A stretch of DNA of 16,363 bases, taken from Candidatus Nanohalobium sp. (GTDB taxonomy: Archaea; Nanohalarchaeota; Nanosalinia; Nanosalinales; Nanosalinaceae). The DNA lies in the NCBI GenBank assembly GCA_042217555.1, contig JBDGSL010000010.1, positions 1-16,363 of the forward strand, given 5' to 3'. The translations under genes and the position numbers were made by a program. Shown piece by piece: positions 8,579 through 15,777 of this stretch (the stretch's first letter is position 1; each line of letters starts with the position of its first letter). Under the pieces are notes generated by a model that made no database searches, was not told the origin of the DNA, and saw only the letters and a list, made by a program, of their open reading frames with translations.

Positions 8579-10156
8579 ATGGCCGACATTCTAAGCTCTC
8601 TCCTAGGATTTATCCACAGTGAACAGCCCGTGGTCCGTATACTGGTAGCTCTTGCATTTCTGATTGCAGGGCATCTCACGGTAAAGATATTCAGGATGCT
8701 TACACGTCGAACATGGATGCACAGAACAGAAGAAGCGACGAAGAAAGACATAGAGAGGAGGGAGGAAAAACTCGGCCTGGTATCAAACATACTCGACGGA
8801 GGGATAATAACGACAGCCATAATCTACCTCAACTCCGGTATCAGCACAGATATAATAAGCAAGGTATCGGAAAGCAGCCCACGTATCGTCTCCGCACTCC
8901 TCGTAGGTTTTCTGGGCATCATCCTTATCAGGATAGTTACAAAGGTGTTTGAAGGATTTCTCACTACTGTAGGGGTAAACAACTACCTCAGAGACATCGG
9001 TCTTTCCAGAAGCGCATCCAATGTGCTCTCAGCAGCTGTAAAGATCCTGATGTACATAGTGCTTTTCCAGGTAGTACTTAACCAGCTTAACGTCGGCTAC
9101 ACCTATCTTAACGAGCTGCTTACAGCCGCTACATGGGCCTTTGCTTTCATGATGGCAGGGATCGTATTCTACTCTCTCAAAGACCTGTTCCAGAACATGG
9201 CCGCCGGTTTCTACCTGAAGAACTCCCGTCTCGTACGGAAAGGTGAGGAAGTCAAAGTCGAAGGAGATACAGGAGAGATCAAAGAAGTCTCTCTGTTCTC
9301 CACCTCAGTAAACACGGACTCGGGATATACACTGTTGACACCGAACACCCAGTTGATGGACTCTCCTCTAAGAATCAAGAGAACCCAGAGCGACCTTGAA
9401 ACACTGGAGGATATAACAAGCTACTTTGTCGCTCAGAACCCGTCTTACTGCGGCCCGGCCTCTGCCGAGATGGCACTGGAGATATTCGGATACCGACACG
9501 ACCAGGAAGAGATCGGTGAAAAAGCCGATGTCGAGGAAGGGGAAGGAGTTGACGAAGATGACCTGATGGACGCCATCGAGGAATTGACGAACAACGAGGT
9601 CAGAACAGCCTGGATAGGATACGACAACATCACGGACCTGGAAGACGAGTACAAATCATGGTTCAACGATGGAGCACTGATAGTATCGAACTTCTACAAG
9701 CCTGAAATCTTCCCTGACGCATCCGCAGGACACTTTGTGCTTTCCGTAGGGGTAGAGGGAGATGAAATACTTAACCTGGATCCTTCAGGAACGAACGGTG
9801 GAGTATACTACGTCAACAAAGAAACGTTCTACGACGCGATGGCAGAGTTCGGCCACAAGAGAGGTTACATCGTCGTGGCACCGAAAGGAACCACAGCATA
9901 CTGGAGGATCAAGAACGACCTGATCTACGGCGACAAGAGCCTGTACGACGAACTTTCCAAAACACTCGAGTCAAGGCTACGTAAGATAATGAGGAAAGGA
10001 AGAATACTGAAGAACTCCACACCAGAATCCATGGAGAAATACATGGAGGACTGGACGTCTGAGGAGAAACTGACACGTGTATGGAAGCCGGAAGGCTTCT
10101 CAGGGGAAAAAGAAAAACTGGAGGGGGATGAAGATGAGACTACTGAAGATAACTGA
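8579..10156 (+). CDS. MscS-family mechanosensitive channel fused to a C-terminal papain-like (C39/phytochelatin-synthase-like) Cys-His-Asp domain
   Basis: Multi-TM N-terminus, then the MscS core KDLFQNMAAGFYL....VRKGEEVKVEGDTGEIKEVSLFSTSV.T.SG....PN..L, then Q286-NPSY-C291-GPAS, G-H385-F, LNL-D401-P. Confidence 0.85.
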   Translation: MADILSSLLGFIHSEQPVVRILVALAFLIAGHLTVKIFRMLTRRTWMHRTEEATKKDIERREEKLGLVSNILDGGIITTAIIYLNSGISTDIISKVSESSPRIVSALLVGFLGIILIRIVTKVFEGFLTTVGVNNYLRDIGLSRSASNVLSAAVKILMYIVLFQVVLNQLNVGYTYLNELLTAATWAFAFMMAGIVFYSLKDLFQNMAAGFYLKNSRLVRKGEEVKVEGDTGEIKEVSLFSTSVNTDSGYTLLTPNTQLMDSPLRIKRTQSDLETLEDITSYFVAQNPSYCGPASAEMALEIFGYRHDQEEIGEKADVEEGEGVDEDDLMDAIEELTNNEVRTAWIGYDNITDLEDEYKSWFNDGALIVSNFYKPEIFPDASAGHFVLSVGVEGDEILNLDPSGTNGGVYYVNKETFYDAMAEFGHKRGYIVVAPKGTTAYWRIKNDLIYGDKSLYDELSKTLESRLRKIMRKGRILKNSTPESMEKYMEDWTSEEKLTRVWKPEGFSGEKEKLEGDEDETTEDN

Positions 10157-10952
10157 CGGCCAGAGAAACCTAGAGAAACTTGACGAGTACTTCGAAGAAG
10201 TGGTTTCTGAAGATCTTGAGAAGATTGCACCTTCAATAGTAGGAAAGAAAATAGATGTTGCTATCAATTCAGAGTCTTTGACTAACTTTGATGCCGTCTT
10301 TGTTGAGATACCGGTTGAAAACGCTGTTTTTGGCAGAGTAATGCTTGAAGTAATGGAGGAGCGAGGAGTACCTGTAAACTACTCTTCAACCTCTTTCTTT
10401 GCGATGGCGAAGAAAAACTATCTCTACAGCGTACTTCACGAAAGAGACATCCCAACGCCTAAGACAGCTGTTGTGGCAGATGAAAAAGCTGCAAGAAATC
10501 TTGAAAACTATCTTAAAGGCCCACTGGTCGCAAGAAAGTTTGAAGAGTTGAAAGAGTCGGAGAAGAAAAAAATAGATACTGTAGAGGAAATAGGAGAGTT
10601 TACGGAGGGTGTAGAGTATGGAGAAAACTTTCTCCTGTTTCAGGAGTATTCAAAGGGATCTAAATATCGTTGTCTTGTAGTAGGAGATGATGTCGTTTCC
10701 TTAGAGGATACTTCCGAACACTGGTCTATCGGCAAGGAGAAGCTTAGGTATTCTAATGCTCCAAGCGATGTTGAAGAAGTTGTGCTTGATGCTAAAAACT
10801 CACTCGGCACACGAATGGCCGAAGTACTTATCAGAAACGAAGAGGTCGTAGACGTTAACCCGAATCCGGACCTTGAAATGTACTCTGATATCTCGGGAAA
10901 GGATGTATACAAAATCGTAGCGGACTCGTTGAAACAGGAGGTAGAAGGATAG
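10134..10952 (+). CDS. RimK-like ATP-grasp fold protein, catalytic motifs degenerate
   Basis: FDAVFV, K..LY..L....IPTPKT, FQEY, YRCLVVGD, DVNPNP align with RimK. Start moved to ATG 10134, which has GAGGGG 7 nt upstream. Confidence 0.75.
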   Translation: MRLLKITDGQRNLEKLDEYFEEVVSEDLEKIAPSIVGKKIDVAINSESLTNFDAVFVEIPVENAVFGRVMLEVMEERGVPVNYSSTSFFAMAKKNYLYSVLHERDIPTPKTAVVADEKAARNLENYLKGPLVARKFEELKESEKKKIDTVEEIGEFTEGVEYGENFLLFQEYSKGSKYRCLVVGDDVVSLEDTSEHWSIGKEKLRYSNAPSDVEEVVLDAKNSLGTRMAEVLIRNEEVVDVNPNPDLEMYSDISGKDVYKIVADSLKQEVEG

Positions 10953-11834
10953 ATGAAGTTCGCCATAATATACGGCGATGTCTCAACCACACACCGGTTA
11001 ATTATAGAGGAAGCGGAAGAGATATTTGATTCTGTGCTGGCAGCGCCTGTTGAAGGCTTGAAGTTTGTCCACAGCTCTGAAGGAAGCAAGGTGCTCTACA
11101 AGGATACGGATCTTACAGAGTTTGATGCAGTATATGTAAGGACCAACGACCAGGATGCATTATTCTCTGAACATCTTGTAGAGGTGTTGAATGAAGCAGG
11201 AGTTGTCACTCAGGCCGAGGATGAGTCCTTCGCATATTCAAATAACAAGTTTTACAGTATGAAGATCCTTTCGGAGAACAATGTTAATGTTCCGGATAGT
11301 TTCTACACTATCTCACCTGAAACTGCCGTTGATGCCGCTGAAAGACTCGGCTATCCGATAATCATGAAGACTATCGGTGGCGCCGGCGGCCAGGGAGTGA
11401 TGAGAGCCGGTTCGGAAAACGAGTTGAAGCCGGTCATGGACACGATGAAAGCATTTGAGCAGGACATCTGTCTTCAAGAGTATCAGGAACACGGAGGCAC
11501 AGATACAAGAGCAATTGTTATAGGGGATGAAATATTCGCTTACCGCAGATCCAGCAGCGGCGACGAGTGGCGTTCAAATGTAGCAGAAGGAGGCGAGAGA
11601 AAAGAAGCAGACCCGACCCCTGAGATGGAGGAAGCCGCGTTAACCGCAGCTAGAGCTTCAGGCTTCGATATATGTGGAGTAGACGTTATACAAACTGATG
11701 AAGAAGTCTATATCCTCGAACTGAACAGTGCCTTCGGCCTCTACAAAGCCATAAACGAGACCGTCGGAGAAAACGTTATCCTAAGGTTGGTGGAAAGAAT
11801 GCATGAAAGAGCGATGGAGGCGAACCAGGATTGA
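10953..11834 (+). CDS. RimK/LysX-family ATP-grasp amino-acid (probably glutamate) ligase
   Basis: FDAVYVR, NKF, PIIMKTIGGAGGQGV, CLQEY, DTRAIVIG, WRSNVAEGG, GVD, LELNS. Confidence 0.9.
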   Translation: MKFAIIYGDVSTTHRLIIEEAEEIFDSVLAAPVEGLKFVHSSEGSKVLYKDTDLTEFDAVYVRTNDQDALFSEHLVEVLNEAGVVTQAEDESFAYSNNKFYSMKILSENNVNVPDSFYTISPETAVDAAERLGYPIIMKTIGGAGGQGVMRAGSENELKPVMDTMKAFEQDICLQEYQEHGGTDTRAIVIGDEIFAYRRSSSGDEWRSNVAEGGERKEADPTPEMEEAALTAARASGFDICGVDVIQTDEEVYILELNSAFGLYKAINETVGENVILRLVERMHERAMEANQD

Positions 11835-12862
11835 AGACCGGCCTCGAACTGGAGTTCTGGGTCATCGACGAGAAAGGAGAACTTGACTACGCCAAGCCTG
11901 TAGCTGAAAGAGTATACTTCGCCTCACAGGAATTCTCACGCTCAATGATAGAAATACAGACAGAACCACATGAGGATGTAGAAGAACTGCTGAAAGAGGC
12001 CATCTCCAAGACAGAGATTCTGGCAGAACTAGCCAAGAAAGACGGCAAAAGAATAGTGCCTCTCGGAACACCGCTCAACTCGGGAAAAGTAGAGGTATAC
12101 GAATCCGAGAGATTTCAGATAGAACAGGAGGTAATAGGGCATGAAGTAAAACACGCGGGCAGGACTGCAGGCTTCCACTTACACTTCGAAAAAGAAGACG
12201 TATTGAGACAACTGAACACACTCACAGCTCTAGATCCACTCTTAGCCCTGACCAACGCCTCACCGCTTTATCAGGGAGAGAAGATCGCCTATGGATGCAG
12301 AAACAAGGTCTACAGACACAAGGCCTGCGGAGCATTCCCTGAGCAGAGAGAACTCTGGCCCTACATGGACTCGATCACAGAATGGCGCGAAAAAAGAGAG
12401 GAACTATTCGAGAAATTCGAAAACGAGGCCGAGAAGAAGGGAATAAAACCGGAAAGATTTGAAAGATTCTTCCAGCCGGAAAACGCTGTCTGGACGCCTG
12501 TAAAGCTGAGAGAGGACTACCCGACAGTTGAATGGCGAGCTCCAGACACCACACTCCTCACTGAAGTGATCAAACTTGTGAAGGCTGTCAAACCGATAGT
12601 CCAGAAAAAGAAGAGATCAGAACTACCAGAGTTCGAGAAAGTGAAGAACTTGTCAGAGAAGGCGATAGATAAAGGACTTCGATCCGGAGAAGTCAGAGAA
12701 TACATCGAAGAAATGGGTGTAGAGCACTCAAAGTTCTCTCCTCTCTCACAGCGGCTTGATCTCCCGGAAAAAGTCAGCAGGGAGAAGGCAAGAGAAGTGA
12801 GGCTGGACGTAGCTGAAAGATTGACCGAAGACCTGGAAGAAGCCAAAGAAATGATAAATTAA
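11831..12862 (+). CDS. Glutamate-cysteine ligase family 2 (GCS2/YbdK-like) carboxylate-amine ligase
   Basis: GLELEFWVID, QEF....IEIQT, GTPL, AGFHLHF, LALTNASPLYQG, W.PV..R....TVEWRAPD; TTG start in a TTGA overlap, with GGAGG upstream. Confidence 0.85.
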   Translation: MKTGLELEFWVIDEKGELDYAKPVAERVYFASQEFSRSMIEIQTEPHEDVEELLKEAISKTEILAELAKKDGKRIVPLGTPLNSGKVEVYESERFQIEQEVIGHEVKHAGRTAGFHLHFEKEDVLRQLNTLTALDPLLALTNASPLYQGEKIAYGCRNKVYRHKACGAFPEQRELWPYMDSITEWREKREELFEKFENEAEKKGIKPERFERFFQPENAVWTPVKLREDYPTVEWRAPDTTLLTEVIKLVKAVKPIVQKKKRSELPEFEKVKNLSEKAIDKGLRSGEVREYIEEMGVEHSKFSPLSQRLDLPEKVSREKAREVRLDVAERLTEDLEEAKEMIN

Positions 12863-13776
12863 AGCTGTTGGAAGGCCTCAACCAGCGAATCCATCACAGG
12901 CACCAGCTGTTCCTTCATCTCCTCATCACCGTAGAAACCAATTCCTGGCTTCGAGTTCAGCTCCACAATCCACGGCTCTCCATCCTCGTCGAAGAACAGG
13001 TCTACCGAGAAGAGGCAGGGCCTGTAGTCGAGTTCTTCATTGACCCTGTCAATTATATCCAGGGCCTTTTCCGGGAACTCTTCAGGACTGACTGCGTGCT
13101 GAGAACCTCCCTGTGAAACGTTGCTTATCTCGCCGTCGCTGTATCTCACGTAACCAGCCTTCAATTCGCCGTTAACGACTATACCTCTCAGATCGTGCGT
13201 TCCTTCAACGATACCTTCGATTCCAGAGCTGCTGTCAACAAATCTCTGGACGATATACTCCTCTTCTATCTCCGGTATATCCTCCTCGCTGTCGACTATG
13301 TGTATTCCTTTACCGCCGAAAGCGTAGCAGGGTTTCAGCACGATTTTTCCATACTGCTCCAGCATCTCACGCGCATTTTCTTCTGAGAAAGGTCTGGTCT
13401 CCGGCATCATTTCAGGAAAACGCTCGTAAGTCAGCAGTTTATCTTTACAGAGTTCCTCCAGCCCGGGATCGTTCAGGATTCCGATGCTCTCACTGATCTC
13501 CTGTTTGAAGGCCTTGGTCTCCTCATCGAAGTGGAACTTGTCGAAAACACCGTCAAGCTCAATATCCTCTACTTTCCTCCAGGAACCGTCCTCGCATACC
13601 CAGCCTCTGGAAAGATTCCCGTTTTCATACCAGTGATATTGAGCCTGTACAAGCCTCACGTCCTGGCCTTCGGCTCTTTCAGAGAAATAACCGTATGACC
13701 TGTTTGACTGTCCGTCGAAAGGCTTTTCTCCATCCCAGGTAACTTCTTCATCCCATAAAACACCGATATTCTTCAT
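12859..13776 (-). CDS. ATP-grasp ligase (RimK/GshB/YheCD-like), convergent with the cluster
   Basis: CKDK..TY, MPET, VLKP..AFGGKGI, YIVQRFV, HDLR, SNVSQGG, SVD, IVELNSKPG. Confidence 0.85.
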   Translation of the reverse strand: MKNIGVLWDEEVTWDGEKPFDGQSNRSYGYFSERAEGQDVRLVQAQYHWYENGNLSRGWVCEDGSWRKVEDIELDGVFDKFHFDEETKAFKQEISESIGILNDPGLEELCKDKLLTYERFPEMMPETRPFSEENAREMLEQYGKIVLKPCYAFGGKGIHIVDSEEDIPEIEEEYIVQRFVDSSSGIEGIVEGTHDLRGIVVNGELKAGYVRYSDGEISNVSQGGSQHAVSPEEFPEKALDIIDRVNEELDYRPCLFSVDLFFDEDGEPWIVELNSKPGIGFYGDEEMKEQLVPVMDSLVEAFQQL

Positions 13777-13792
13777 AACCAGAAACTCGGAG

Positions 13793-13806
13793 CGCAGAGT
13801 TTTAGA
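13793..13806. promoter_or_regulatory. Putative shared TATA region between the divergent ATP-grasp and PIN genes
   Basis: TTTTAGAA (minus strand TTCTAAAA) lies roughly 25 nt from both ATG 13776(-) and ATG 13828(+). Confidence 0.35.
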
Positions 13807-13827
13807 ACTAACCTACAAAACACCAGT

Positions 13828-14247
13828 ATGACACGCGAAATCATACTAGACACCAACTTCCTGACAGCACCCTTCCAGCTCGACTCCATCGACATATTCC
13901 AGGAACTCGAAAGAGTCTTCCCCAACTCCAAAATCTACACAATCGACGACGCAGTACAGGAAGCCAAAAGCATAGAACAAGGCAAATACGGCAACCTCGT
14001 AGAGAAACTGATAGAGAAGAAAGACATCGAAGTACTGGAAACAGAGGACGAAGAACCAAGTTCTTCTCGTACAGTAGAGGGAGAAGGCAGCGTAGACGAC
14101 CTACTAGTACAGATCTCCCGGGACTATGTTGTTGCGACGAACGACAAAGAGCTGAAGGAGAGACTGATAGAAGTCGATGCAGAAGTTATTCATATCAGAA
14201 ATGAGAGCTATCTAGAAGTACTGAACAGGAAAGATCCTGGGTTCTAA
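13828..14247 (+). CDS. PIN-domain protein (Fcf1/Utp24-like, the one normally following aIF2gamma)
   Basis: IILDTNFL, V.QE, VDD.L, VVATNDKELKERL; syntenic position upstream of rpoE'. Confidence 0.88.
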   Translation: MTREIILDTNFLTAPFQLDSIDIFQELERVFPNSKIYTIDDAVQEAKSIEQGKYGNLVEKLIEKKDIEVLETEDEEPSSSRTVEGEGSVDDLLVQISRDYVVATNDKELKERLIEVDAEVIHIRNESYLEVLNRKDPGF

Positions 14248-14768
14248 TTAGTCAAATTTTAGACAAATTATTAATAAGAAGATTTGGCGAAAACAGCCAA
14301 GTCGGCGCCAAACCTATAAAAGACCTAGAAGACGATTTAAAAGAACTAATTAGCGAGTACAAAGATGAAGAAGAGTTAGCACATAAATTTCTAGATCTGG
14401 ATCAGAAGGAACTCGATAAACTACAAAAGATTTTCATCTCACCTGCCCACACTAAAAGAACACAAAAATATGAGGAAGAAGAAAATCTGAAAGAATTCCT
14501 GAATAAAGTCATAGACAAAAAACTACAGCTACTAAAAGCAGGAAAGAAATATTCTGAAAAACTCCTTTCCACCTTAGGAAAAATGCATGAAGACGAAGAA
14601 GAAGCAATTACTATCATAAGAAAATATTATAATCAAAAAGCAGAGGAGGAAACAATGAAACTAATCAAAATGACTGAAAGCGACTACAAAACAGTAAAGC
14701 AAGGTGAAGAACAAATCGAAGCAGGAATTAATGAACTCCAAAATGTGAAGGGGGAGTTAAATTCGTAA
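14247..14768 (+). CDS. Hypothetical AT-rich, charged alpha-helical protein; start uncertain (possible ATT) or 5'-damaged
   Basis: The frame of the 61-aa track ORF is stop-free back to TGA 14202. From ATT 14247 it gives 173 codons, (I)SQILDKLLIRRFGENSQ...KGELNS. No ATG/GTG/TTG occurs before 14583. Confidence 0.55.
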   Translation: MSQILDKLLIRRFGENSQVGAKPIKDLEDDLKELISEYKDEEELAHKFLDLDQKELDKLQKIFISPAHTKRTQKYEEEENLKEFLNKVIDKKLQLLKAGKKYSEKLLSTLGKMHEDEEEAITIIRKYYNQKAEEETMKLIKMTESDYKTVKQGEEQIEAGINELQNVKGELNS

Positions 14769-14842
14769 ATTGCGGCTTTTAATGAAGTCGGTGATTATTG
14801 GTTTGATTAATGGTAGTTTAGAGAACGAGATGGCAGTGACCA

Positions 14843-14849
14843 TTTAAAA
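14843..14849 (+). promoter_or_regulatory. Putative TATA box (TTTAAAA) for rpoE'
   Basis: TTTAAAA followed by a short leader with GAGG motifs before ATG 14895. Confidence 0.4.
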
Positions 14850-14894
14850 CTTGTCTTCGGTTTCTTTTTTGTCTTGCAGAGGTAGAGGAACTGT

Positions 14895-15473
14895 ATGTAC
14901 AAAAGATTGACAATTCAGGATTCGGTTCGTGTCCCGCCGCAACACCTTGGAGAAAACGTAGATGAGAGCGTCCGCGACGGCCTACGTGAAGAGGTCGAGG
15001 GCGAGATAGTTGAGGACGTCGGCGTTGTACTCGGTGTTGAAGGTGTTAACTCGGTGGAGGGAGGCGATATCGAACCTGAGGATGCAGGTATCCACTACCA
15101 GGTAGAGTACGAAGCACTGGTCTTCGAACCGGAGCTTCACGAAGTTATCAACGGTGAAGTCGTTGACATCACAGAGTTCGGAGCGTTTGTCCGTATCGGT
15201 GCTTTCGACGGTCTCTGCCACGTTTCACAGATCATGGATGAGTACGTCAACCTTGACGACGAGGCATCCATGCTGATCTCCGAAGATCAGGACCGCGCGT
15301 TGGAGGTTGGTGACACAGTTACTTCCCGTATCATCGCTGTCAGCCTTGGAAAGCAGGATACTAACAAGATCAACCTGACGATGAGGCAGCCAGGACTCGG
15401 CAAGAGTGAATGGATTGAGATGTACGAGGAAGAAAAAGCCGAAGAAGAACAGGAAGACGAAGAGGAACAGTGA
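14895..15473 (+). CDS. rpoE1: DNA-directed RNA polymerase subunit E' (Rpo7)
   Basis: DSVRVPP, G.I...D.G, F.P.L.EV..GEV.....FGAFVRIG..DGLCHVSQIMD, LTMRQPGLGK..W. Confidence 0.96.
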   Translation: MYKRLTIQDSVRVPPQHLGENVDESVRDGLREEVEGEIVEDVGVVLGVEGVNSVEGGDIEPEDAGIHYQVEYEALVFEPELHEVINGEVVDITEFGAFVRIGAFDGLCHVSQIMDEYVNLDDEASMLISEDQDRALEVGDTVTSRIIAVSLGKQDTNKINLTMRQPGLGKSEWIEMYEEEKAEEEQEDEEEQ

Positions 15474-15497
15474 TTTCTCGTGAGAAATTACTTAGCC

Positions 15498-15518
15498 GAA
15501 AACCACGAGGTGGTTTTC
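15498..15518 (+). repeat. Perfect inverted repeat GAAAACCAC-GAG-GTGGTTTTC covering the spt4 SD
   Basis: 9-bp stem and 3-nt loop; ends 2 nt before GTG 15521; contains GAGGTG. Confidence 0.85.
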
Positions 15519-15520
15519 TA

Positions 15521-15709
15521 GTGGCAGAACAGGCATGCAAAAACTGTAACCGTATTGTAGAGGACGCGTCCGAGTGTCCTGTATGCAGAAACAACGATCT
15601 TTCCGGTTCATGGAGCGGACTGGTCGTCATCTACGATCCAGAAGAGTCGGAGATAGCTGAAAAACTTGGAATAAGCACTCCTGGCAGATACGCCATTCGT
15701 GTCAAATAA
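15521..15709 (+). CDS. spt4: Transcription elongation factor Spt4 (RpoE'')
   Basis: ACKNC...ECPVC zinc motif, W.GLVVI.DPE.SEIA.KLGI..PGRYAIRV. Start set at GTG 15521 behind SD GAGGTG. Confidence 0.93.
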   Translation: MAEQACKNCNRIVEDASECPVCRNNDLSGSWSGLVVIYDPEESEIAEKLGISTPGRYAIRVK

Positions 15710-15754
15710 AAAGTGAATACTATGGACGAAAATTACAAATTTTCTGGACAAGCA

Positions 15755-15775
15755 GAAAACCACGGAGTGGTTTTC
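15755..15775 (+). repeat. Perfect inverted repeat GAAAACCAC-GGA-GTGGTTTTC covering the rps24e SD
   Basis: Same arms as 15498-15518; ends 2 nt before ATG 15778; contains GGAG. Confidence 0.85.
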
Positions 15776-15777
15776 AA

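Noticed and set aside
10077..10133. ORF-track N-terminal extensions (10077, also 3335 and 15470)
   Set aside because: They overlap upstream genes and lack family similarity; downstream starts fit the SD position or expected domain start better.
10953..11834. LysX/ArgX lysine/arginine biosynthesis
   Set aside because: No lysW carrier or lysYZJK genes in the window.
8579..13776. Graspetide/RiPP cluster (ATP-grasp plus C39 exporter)
   Set aside because: No short precursor ORF with a leader or repeated core is visible, the spacers leave no room for one, and the GCS2 ligase points to small-molecule chemistry.
14205..14247. Programmed -1 frameshift fusing PIN to the downstream ORF
   Set aside because: The frames overlap but there is no X XXY YYZ slippery heptamer, and PIN ends at a normal length.
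14283..14312. Inverted repeat TTTGGCG...CGCCAAA
   Set aside because: Only 7 bp with a long loop inside an open frame; could be chance.
1775..15630. Numerous short antisense or alternate-frame ORFs in the track (e.g. 7785-8414, 10640-11089, 3292-3747)
   Set aside because: They are shadows of well-supported genes, Ser-rich as expected opposite Glu/Asp codons, with no motifs.
15498..15775. CRISPR mini-array or intrinsic terminators
   Set aside because: Only two 21-nt copies, separated by a whole gene, with no cas genes; their position on the RBS argues against terminators.
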